Assembly: GCA_050123235.1 (NCBI GenBank)
Contig: JASFHL010000002.1
Span: forward strand, 15,326 to 79,325
Length of the DNA stretch: 64,000 bases
From: Candidatus Woesebacteria bacterium
GTDB taxonomy: Bacteria; Patescibacteriota; Microgenomatia; UBA1400; PJMF01
Reading direction: 5' to 3'
The notes beneath the pieces were generated by a model. It made no database searches. It had not been told where the DNA came from and saw nothing but the letters and a program-made list of their open reading frames with translations. The position numbers and the translations under genes are program-made. The number at the start of each line of letters is the position of its first letter. Position 1 is the first letter of the stretch. Below are positions 1 to 7,510 of the stretch, piece after piece.

Positions 1-229
1 ACGAGATCTAGCAAGACTGATGGCTAATGAAGCAGAAAATGTTAATGCTGATAAGCATGGACGATTAAAAATTCCTGAATATTTGATTAACTTTGCTCAG
101 CTTAAAAAAGAAATCGTAATAATTGGTAGTTACGCAAGAATAGAAATCTGGGATCGTTCTAGCTACCACCAATATATGGATCAAATAGAGAATGAGGCTG
201 AAAAAATCGCTGAATCAATTGCAAATTAA
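1..229 (+). CDS. mraZ: Transcriptional regulator MraZ, C-terminal part; gene runs off the 5' window edge
   Basis: The frame is open to position 1. The second MraZ repeat motif 'DKHGRLKIPEYL...IVIIGSYARIEIWD' is present. It sits directly upstream of rsmH-ftsL-ftsI. Confidence 0.6.
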   Translation, partial: RDLARLMANEAENVNADKHGRLKIPEYLINFAQLKKEIVIIGSYARIEIWDRSSYHQYMDQIENEAEKIAESIAN

Positions 230-231
230 AT

Positions 232-1140
232 ATGACTAAAAATGCATTACACCGGCCAGTTTTATTAAATGAAGTAATGACTCAACTTGATATTCAGCCT
301 GATCATTTTTATCTTGATGCTACTTTTGGGAGAGGTGGACATAGTAGAGAAATCTTAAAGAAGAAAGGTAAAGTAATTGCTTTTGATTGTGATTTAGAGG
401 CAATTAATTATGCTAAAAAGGAGTTCCTAACAGAAATAGCTGAAAAGAATCTAATTTTAGTCAGAGAAAACTTTGATCAGCTAGCAGCAACATTAGAATC
501 AGTAAAAAAACAGCGCAAAATAGAAAAAATTGATGGAATTTTATTTGATTTCGGTACTAGTGTTGATCAACTCAAATCAACAACTAGAGGCTTCAGCTTT
601 GATCATTCTGAAGCAGCACTTGATATGCGTATGGATTCTAGATTAGCTGTTAAAGCTCAAGATTTACTTAGAGTTTTACCAGAAAAACAGTTAAGTAAAA
701 TCTTTTTAATTTATGGCGGTGAAAGAGAAGCTAGAAAAATTGCTAAGGCAGTGGTTGAAAGCCGCAGTAAAGGGCTTAATCAATTTGATACAGTGGGTGA
801 ACTAGTTGAGCTAATTTTAAAAATAAAAAAAGAAAAACGAAAACGCTTACACCCAGCGACTAAAGTTTTTCAAGCTTTGAGAATTGCTGTTAATGATGAA
901 TTAAGTTCAATTCAAAAAGCATTAGATCAGGCATTAAAAATTATTAATAATCAAGGAAAAATTATCTGTATTTCTTTTCATGAAGGAGAAGACAGAATAG
1001 TTAAACGCTTATTTAAACAATGGCAACGACAAAATCTAGGTCAGATGCTAAATAAAAAAGCCATACTGCCTACTGCAGAAGAAATAAAGGCAAATCCTAG
1101 GTCTAGAAGCGCCAAAATGAGAGTCTTTAGAAGAGCATAA
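232..1140 (+). CDS. rsmH: 16S rRNA (cytosine1402-N4)-methyltransferase RsmH (MraW)
   Basis: Contains the 'LDATFGRGGHS' SAM motif and is 302 aa. It sits in the conserved mraZ-rsmH-ftsL-ftsI position. Confidence 0.9.
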   Translation: MTKNALHRPVLLNEVMTQLDIQPDHFYLDATFGRGGHSREILKKKGKVIAFDCDLEAINYAKKEFLTEIAEKNLILVRENFDQLAATLESVKKQRKIEKIDGILFDFGTSVDQLKSTTRGFSFDHSEAALDMRMDSRLAVKAQDLLRVLPEKQLSKIFLIYGGEREARKIAKAVVESRSKGLNQFDTVGELVELILKIKKEKRKRLHPATKVFQALRIAVNDELSSIQKALDQALKIINNQGKIICISFHEGEDRIVKRLFKQWQRQNLGQMLNKKAILPTAEEIKANPRSRSAKMRVFRRA

Positions 1141-1143
1141 AAA

Positions 1144-1437
1144 ATGAAAATTAAACAGTTAACTATCAGCAGCTACTATTTAATTCTATTAGGCGCTACC
1201 CTATTGCAAATCTTATCTTCTGTTTTCAGATTAAGTCAAACTATTATCAGTTCTTCCACGCTAGCTGCTTTAGAACAAGAAAAAGAATCTTTAGCTAAAA
1301 AAGAAAACGAGCTTAAACTAGAATTAAGCCAAAAAATCTCCTTAGCTAAAAATCAAAATGAAGAAGAGAATGATTATCAAATCATTGGACAAGTTATTTT
1401 GATTAATACAGACAAAAAATTGGCCAGCAACAACTAA
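1144..1437 (+). CDS. ftsL: Cell division protein FtsL-like (small bitopic coiled-coil protein)
   Basis: 97 aa with an N-terminal TM helix followed by a coiled-coil ('LEQEKESLAKKENELKLEL'). It lies between rsmH and ftsI. Confidence 0.5.
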   Translation: MKIKQLTISSYYLILLGATLLQILSSVFRLSQTIISSSTLAALEQEKESLAKKENELKLELSQKISLAKNQNEEENDYQIIGQVILINTDKKLASNN

Positions 1438-1452
1438 CTCTCATTTTAAGCT

Positions 1453-3210
1453 ATGCCTAAAAGAAAAAATATTCTCATATCAAGGCCTAGATTACTCTTA
1501 TTTATTATTTATACACTCTTAATATTAGTGCAATTGAGACTTTTTTATTGGCAAATTATCAAAGGTCCATCCTTGGAAACTCAAGCTAAGAAACAATCTC
1601 AGAAAGTAGTCGAAATTAAAGGCAAGAGAGGAGAAATTTCTACTTCAGATGGGTTTTTATTAGTTGTTAACAAAGAGTATTTTGAACTCTTTTTCAACAA
1701 AAAAAAACAAGAATTAAGTAATCAAGAAATCATCAATCAAATAAAAGATATTCTTTTAAGAAATAATCATCTTTATCAAAAAGCTCAAGATAAAAAAGAA
1801 CAAAAAATTCTTGAAGAAGAATTAATCGAAACTTTGACTAAAAAAATGAATAGAGATGGCAGTTGGATTAGCCTAGATAAAAAAATATCAAAGGAAACAA
1901 AAGAAAAAATAGAGGAACTTAATTTATCATCCTTGGAGTTTGAAGCGTTTTATGATCGCTTTTATCCTGAAGCATCAATGGCTGCTCATATCACTGGTTT
2001 TGTAGCAGAGAATGATGAAGGAGAGAAAGTAGGCTACTTCGGCATTGAAGGTGCTTTAGATAAGGAATTGGCAGGCAAAACTAGCACTTCATTACTTAAT
2101 ACTGATGCTTTAGGTCTTAAATTGGGAGGACAGGAGCTATTTACTAATTCTATGGATGGACGAAATATTACTCTCACAATCAGAAGAGATTTACAGTTTA
2201 CTACTGAGCAAATGTTAAGAGCAGGCATTCAAAAGTATGAAGCAGATGCTGGCGAAATCATTATCATGGAACCAAAGACTGGCAAAATTCTAAGTCTAGC
2301 TACCTGGCCTGGTTATGAACAAAGTTATTTCTCAGATTACAAAACTAAGCAATTCAAAAATCCTAGCTTAACTCACGTTTATGAGCCAGGTAGTACTTTT
2401 AAAACCCTTACCGTAGCTGCAGGTCTTGACTCTCAAGTGATCACGCCAGAAACTGTCTGTACTCGCTGCAGTGGCCCTAGAAAAATTGATAAATATACTA
2501 TTAAAACCTGGAATGAAGAATATCACCCAAACATTAATATCACTGAAGCTTTGGCTAAATCAGATAATATTGCCATGATCTTTGTGGCTGAGAAAATAGG
2601 CCGAGAAAAATTTCTTGAATACTTAAAAAATTTCGGCATTGGTCAAAAAATAGGCTTAGACCTTCAAGAAGATACAGACAGCCCCTTTCCCCAAAAACTA
2701 GGACCTGTTGAATTAGCCACTGTTTCTTTTGGACAGGGAATTAGTACTACCAGCCTCCAGCTAATTCGTGCTATTGCTACTATTGCTAATCAAGGAAAAA
2801 TGATGAAACCTTTAATTGTAGAAAAAGCATTTGATCCAATTCAAAATAAAGAAATTATTAGTCAAGCTATCTTAGAAAGACAAGTAATTAGTCAAGAAAG
2901 CGCGCAAAAAGTAACAAAGATGATGGTCAATGCTGCTGAAAAAGGAGAGGCGCAATGGACAGCATCTGCTAGACATACCGTTGCTGGTAAAACTGGTACC
3001 TCTCAGATTGCTACCAAGGGTGGTTACGAAGAAGACAAAACCATTGCCAGTTTTGTTGGTTTTGCGCCAGCTGATGATCCTCGCTTTATTATGTTAGTAA
3101 AATTAATAAACCCTAAAACTAGCCCCTGGGCGGCCGAAACTGCGGCTCCGTTGTGGTACAAAGTGGCTGATAAAGTGTTTTTATTGATGAATATACCGTC
3201 AGATAAATAA
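1453..3210 (+). CDS. ftsI: Penicillin-binding protein 2/3 family transpeptidase (FtsI)
   Basis: N-terminal TM helix. Carries the SXXK motif 'STFK', SXN 'SDN' and KTG 'KTGT'. 585 aa. Confidence 0.85.
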   Translation: MPKRKNILISRPRLLLFIIYTLLILVQLRLFYWQIIKGPSLETQAKKQSQKVVEIKGKRGEISTSDGFLLVVNKEYFELFFNKKKQELSNQEIINQIKDILLRNNHLYQKAQDKKEQKILEEELIETLTKKMNRDGSWISLDKKISKETKEKIEELNLSSLEFEAFYDRFYPEASMAAHITGFVAENDEGEKVGYFGIEGALDKELAGKTSTSLLNTDALGLKLGGQELFTNSMDGRNITLTIRRDLQFTTEQMLRAGIQKYEADAGEIIIMEPKTGKILSLATWPGYEQSYFSDYKTKQFKNPSLTHVYEPGSTFKTLTVAAGLDSQVITPETVCTRCSGPRKIDKYTIKTWNEEYHPNINITEALAKSDNIAMIFVAEKIGREKFLEYLKNFGIGQKIGLDLQEDTDSPFPQKLGPVELATVSFGQGISTTSLQLIRAIATIANQGKMMKPLIVEKAFDPIQNKEIISQAILERQVISQESAQKVTKMMVNAAEKGEAQWTASARHTVAGKTGTSQIATKGGYEEDKTIASFVGFAPADDPRFIMLVKLINPKTSPWAAETAAPLWYKVADKVFLLMNIPSDK

Positions 3211-3213
3211 AGT

Positions 3214-3561
3214 TTAAGATAATTCTCTCAGAAGTTCGATGTTTAGTAACCAATCATTAAAATCTCTTTGTTTAACTAATGTCTTACGCTTTATTTCTTC
3301 TCCGTCAACCTCAACGAGAAGTTCTACTTCAAGTCCATCAGGACCTTCAGCTGTATTAATCAATCTTGCTACTGAAATATAGTCTGATAATCCTTGCAAA
3401 AATCCTAAGTTAAAAAGCTTATAACCACCTTTTTCTACAGGCCTTCCAGAAGAATCAACTCTTACATCCTTCACCAAAGACCAAGGAATCTCAATTCTTA
3501 ACTCTGAATTTGTATTTCCATTTAATTGTCCCAAAACTTCTAATCTGTCATTCCTTGTCAA
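3214..3561 (-). CDS. Hypothetical protein (115 aa); TTG start in the ORF track
   Basis: Open frame with no recognisable motif. The start codon is TTG with an 'AAAGAG' sequence about 10 nt upstream. Confidence 0.35.
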   Translation of the reverse strand: MTRNDRLEVLGQLNGNTNSELRIEIPWSLVKDVRVDSSGRPVEKGGYKLFNLGFLQGLSDYISVARLINTAEGPDGLEVELLVEVDGEEIKRKTLVKQRDFNDWLLNIELLRELS

Positions 3562-3753
3562 ATCAAATCAATCTCTTTCAATTATAGTTGGCCTCCCTGC
3601 TTTTTCTCCTTCAGTAGTTACTCTTGTCCAGACTTTGATTGATCCCATTCTTCATACCTTTCATCAATCATCTAATAAAATATCTTCAAAAACATTAAAT
3701 CATAATCTATCAAGAATTGCAAAATTAGATTTATCGTGAAATAAAAAAAAGCA

Positions 3754-4587
3754 CTAACTCTCATTGGTTAGCTTCATAATCTTCTCTAAATCATCCTGAG
3801 TAGCCTCTAAAGAACCTTTAAGAATAATAGTCACTTTAGTCTGGCTCTTAGAACGACTTAATCTCATTTTAGCTGGAACATTGAAAAATGCTTTGGAGTT
3901 TCTTTGCCATTTATTAATTACTTCGTCATTTTTTTGTGTTGGCCTACCAGCCTTAGTTTTCTGATTAACACTCTCCTTAAAACGCCTGGATAACTCCTCT
4001 GCTCGTCTGACTGAAGCTCCTTCTTTGAGCACCAATTTATAACAATTAACCATTAGCTTTTCATCTTCAATCCCTGATAAAGCCCTGGCATGTCCTTCAG
4101 TAATCTGCTTACCAATCAGACCATCTTTAATTGCATCTGGTAATTTAAGAAGCTTAAGACTATTACTAATGTAAGCAGGAGATTTTCCAATGCGTTTAGC
4201 TAAATCAGTGGCAGATAACCTAAAATCTCTCATCAGTTGCTGAAAAGCTTGAGCTCGCTCAATTGCATTCAAATCAAGTCGTTGCACATTTTCTACTAGA
4301 GCCATCTCTAGCATCCCACGAGGTGTGGTTTTTTTTATATAAACAGGCACTTCTTTTAAGCCAGCTAATTTTGAAGCTCTCCAGCGTCTTTCACCAGCAA
4401 TAATCTGATAACCTGCTGGTGTCTGAGCAATCACCAGAGGCTCCAAAATACCATAAGTTTTAATAGATTGTACTAACTCATCCAAATCTTCTTTTTTGAT
4501 TTTCTCTCTTGGCTGAAAAGGATTCGGTTGTAGTTGTGAGACCGACAGAGTAGTAGGGTTATTTTGAGTCATAACCTCAGTATACAA
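3754..4587 (-). CDS. parB: Chromosome partitioning protein ParB/Spo0J
   Basis: Contains the ParB box 'IIAGERRWRASKLAG' and an HTH 'ATDLAKRIGKSPAYISNSLKLL'. Confidence 0.85.
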   Translation of the reverse strand: MYTEVMTQNNPTTLSVSQLQPNPFQPREKIKKEDLDELVQSIKTYGILEPLVIAQTPAGYQIIAGERRWRASKLAGLKEVPVYIKKTTPRGMLEMALVENVQRLDLNAIERAQAFQQLMRDFRLSATDLAKRIGKSPAYISNSLKLLKLPDAIKDGLIGKQITEGHARALSGIEDEKLMVNCYKLVLKEGASVRRAEELSRRFKESVNQKTKAGRPTQKNDEVINKWQRNSKAFFNVPAKMRLSRSKSQTKVTIILKGSLEATQDDLEKIMKLTNES

Positions 4588-4626
4588 AAAAAACTATAAC
4601 TAATAAAAGAGGAAATTTAAATTTAT

Positions 4627-4881
4627 TTATAAACTAACATTTACCACTGTTTTACCAAATCTTTTACCAAAGTTCACCACGCCTTCAATCATAGCAAAAA
4701 TTGTATGATCTTTACCCATACCCACGCCTTTACCGAGCTTATAAACAGCTCCCTTTTGTCGTAAAATAATATTACCGGCTTTTACTTTTTCACCAGCATA
4801 CTTTTTGACACCTAATCTTTTACCATGGCGTTTACCCTGAGCGTGTTGCTTAACACTACCAGAGCCTTTAACATGTGCCAT
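4627..4881 (-). CDS. rpmA: 50S ribosomal protein L27
   Basis: 'MAHVKGSGS...RLGVKKYAGE...GKDHTIFA' matches the L27 family. 84 aa. Confidence 0.9.
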   Translation of the reverse strand: MAHVKGSGSVKQHAQGKRHGKRLGVKKYAGEKVKAGNIILRQKGAVYKLGKGVGMGKDHTIFAMIEGVVNFGKRFGKTVVNVSL

Positions 4882-4899
4882 ATTAATTATCCCTTTTTT

Positions 4900-6075
4900 C
4901 TATTTAGATTTATAACTAAAAATTAAAATTTCTCTTTCTACTATTGCTTGTTTCCGTCTGTATAACAAAGGTTCAATCTCAAGAGTATATCCCCAAATTC
5001 TTAATTTGTCAATCAATTTCTTCAGAGAATAAACTTTATTTTTACTCCTAACTAATGGAAAAATAATTAACACTTTTGCATTATCTTTAAGTAATTTTGT
5101 CCATTGTTTAAATGCTCCTAGATATAACTTCTCAAGACCTTTGAAAATACCTGCTAATTGCTTTTCTTGAGGCCTCGGTTTACCCAAAAAAGGTTCTGTG
5201 ATAATTAAATCAATTTTTCCTTCTAAATTAGCGGCTGATACTTTACTAACATCTGCTTGGAAAACCTTGGGAGGGGATTGCTTAAAGTTTTCAGTTAAAG
5301 TATATTCTTTCTCCAGCCAGTCTAAATTCCTTTTAGTGCCGATCACAGCCTGATAATCAAAATCAGAACCTAGTAGCTGACAACCTCTTAAAGCGGCCTC
5401 CATTAAAATTGTGCCAGTGCCACAAAAAGGATCATAAAGTCTTGTATTTTCTTGAAATTTTCCTAAACCCAAGTTCACTAAAATCCTAGCTACTTTAGGA
5501 GGCAACATTCCTTTCTTACGATCAAAATATGGCTTTTCTCTGTCTCTTTTAGTCCAGTCGTCGATATTTTGAATTGCAATTGTTCTACTTAAAAAAATAG
5601 CGTCATCTTTTACAAAAAGACTGATCTCTTGTACATCGCGCTGGTGTAATAAAATTGCAGCAGATAAACCAGACCTATCTTTAACATCAAAATATTTCGA
5701 TTTAATTTGCTTTAATCTTAAAATCTTTTTTATATCACTCGCTTCAAGTTGAAAATTAAGAGGTGATAAAACATTAAGAGCAAATTTTACTTTGCTTGAA
5801 CTTACTATTAAGAGCGCATCAGCAATCGCTTCTGAGACTGTCTCTGGTGAAACTGCTTCTATTTTTTTCTCTAGTTTAAGAATCTTTACTACTCCTCCTA
5901 AAATAGTCATCAGTAAACGAGCTTCTTCATCATTATCAAGCTCCAAACTAATTAGATCGTTAAAAATCTCTCCTTGTTTTTTATGAGGAAGAACTGACTG
6001 TATTTCAGCTTTAGATAGAGTAGGGGTATTCCCTAAAAAGAAAAAATAATTAGGCATTTTTAAATGGAGCTTCAA
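4900..6075 (-). CDS. SAM-dependent RNA methyltransferase (UPF0020/Trm11/RlmL-like class I MTase)
   Basis: Motif I 'DPFCGTGTILMEAA', 'LPPKVARILVNLG', and motif IV variant 'TEPFLG'. It sits between rplU and rpmA. Confidence 0.55.
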   Translation of the reverse strand: MKLHLKMPNYFFFLGNTPTLSKAEIQSVLPHKKQGEIFNDLISLELDNDEEARLLMTILGGVVKILKLEKKIEAVSPETVSEAIADALLIVSSSKVKFALNVLSPLNFQLEASDIKKILRLKQIKSKYFDVKDRSGLSAAILLHQRDVQEISLFVKDDAIFLSRTIAIQNIDDWTKRDREKPYFDRKKGMLPPKVARILVNLGLGKFQENTRLYDPFCGTGTILMEAALRGCQLLGSDFDYQAVIGTKRNLDWLEKEYTLTENFKQSPPKVFQADVSKVSAANLEGKIDLIITEPFLGKPRPQEKQLAGIFKGLEKLYLGAFKQWTKLLKDNAKVLIIFPLVRSKNKVYSLKKLIDKLRIWGYTLEIEPLLYRRKQAIVEREILIFSYKSK

Positions 6076-6386
6076 ACAATTTTCAATAACTCAAGAGTAC
6101 TTTGTGCTTGCCTATGTCCTTTAACCTTCCTATATCGAGATTTAGCTTTAAATTTTGCCACTCTAATCTTCTTTGCTTTGTCATGAGATAAAACCTTAAA
6201 CTTGAGTTTAGCACCTTTGAGCAAAGGTGTGCCAATCTTCACTGTTTTACCATCATTTAGCAATAAAACTTCATTCACTTCCAATTCGTTACCTTCCTTA
6301 GTTTCCAATCTATCAATTACTAGCTTATCACCTTCCGAAACTTTGTATTGTTTTCCTTGGAGTTGAATAATAGCGTATTTTTTCAT
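6072..6386 (-). CDS. rplU: 50S ribosomal protein L21
   Basis: 'MKKYAIIQLQGKQYKVSEGDKL' is an L21 N-terminus. 104 aa. The stop overlaps the methyltransferase start. Confidence 0.9.
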   Translation of the reverse strand: MKKYAIIQLQGKQYKVSEGDKLVIDRLETKEGNELEVNEVLLLNDGKTVKIGTPLLKGAKLKFKVLSHDKAKKIRVAKFKAKSRYRKVKGHRQAQSTLELLKIV

Positions 6387-6414
6387 AACGAGAAGTAATT
6401 ATAACATAGATTTT

Positions 6415-7482
6415 TTAACTAACACTAAGAGTTATATCCTTTTTTTGCGATCTGATCATTCTTTGTGCTAAAGCAAAAATTAAAAAAATCGTCAAAACAC
6501 TACTGCCACCGTAAGAGAGCAGGGGTAAAGTAATTCCAGTAATAGGTAAGAGACCTATATTCATACCGATATTTATACCTGTCTGTAAAAGTAACATCGT
6601 AGCAATCATTAAAAAATATAACTGAAACTTAGGGTTCTCAAATTTGAAACCCAAATAAACAAAAAACAATGTGAGGCTAGTATAAAGTAATAATAAAAAA
6701 CTAGATCCCATAAACCCCCATTCTTCTGCAAAAGAAGCAAAAATAAAATCAGTTTGACGTTCTGGTAAAAATTTAAGGTGAGATTGTACTCCAAAACCAA
6801 TACCTCTTCCCAAGATCTTACCTGAACCAACTGCAATTAAAGATTGTCTAGCATTGTAAGCAGAATCATCTTCTTCACTATAACCACTAGAAAAAGTTAA
6901 AAATCTTTGTTTTTGATAATCTTTTAGCAGAAAATTCCAAGCCATGATGACAGTTAGTAATGAACTTAGTAACAAAAAAAGAATATATTTAAAATCCAGT
7001 TTAATTAATAAAAGTATCGTCCCAACAGTGAATAAATAAATAGCAGCTGTGCCCATATCTGGTTGTAAAAAAATTAATAAAGCAGGAATTATAATAATGA
7101 AAAGTAATTCCAAAAATTTTTTAAAATTTCTAATTTTATTTTGCTCAAGCCAAGATAATAAATGAAGTGCAGTAGCAGGAATAGCTAATTGTGAAGGTTG
7201 AAACTTGAATCCTCCTGGCAAGTTAATCCATGAGACTACTCCTCGAGTTGTTTTACCTATTAATAACAAAATCAATAATAAAACAGACAAAGATAAATAA
7301 AAAACAAATGAATACTTTTCAATTTTTTTATATGAAATTTTAGAAACAATAAAAAAAAGAACAAAACCCAATACAAAATAAAGAGTTTGCCGCCACACTA
7401 GATTTGGCGATACGCTTTTTATAGTTAGCAAACTAATCACAGCTAAAATTGCTGCCCATAAAGGAAGAAAGACCTGTTTCAT
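6415..7482 (-). CDS. SEDS family peptidoglycan glycosyltransferase (RodA/FtsW-like), paralogue 1
   Basis: Polytopic membrane protein with a SEDS-type C-terminus ('LPITGITLPLLSYGGSS'). It lies outside the mur/fts block, so it is probably RodA-like. Confidence 0.8.
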   Translation of the reverse strand: MKQVFLPLWAAILAVISLLTIKSVSPNLVWRQTLYFVLGFVLFFIVSKISYKKIEKYSFVFYLSLSVLLLILLLIGKTTRGVVSWINLPGGFKFQPSQLAIPATALHLLSWLEQNKIRNFKKFLELLFIIIIPALLIFLQPDMGTAAIYLFTVGTILLLIKLDFKYILFLLLSSLLTVIMAWNFLLKDYQKQRFLTFSSGYSEEDDSAYNARQSLIAVGSGKILGRGIGFGVQSHLKFLPERQTDFIFASFAEEWGFMGSSFLLLLYTSLTLFFVYLGFKFENPKFQLYFLMIATMLLLQTGINIGMNIGLLPITGITLPLLSYGGSSVLTIFLIFALAQRMIRSQKKDITLSVS

Positions 7483-7510
7483 AGAAACAGTTTTAAAGAA
7501 AAGCTAAGCA

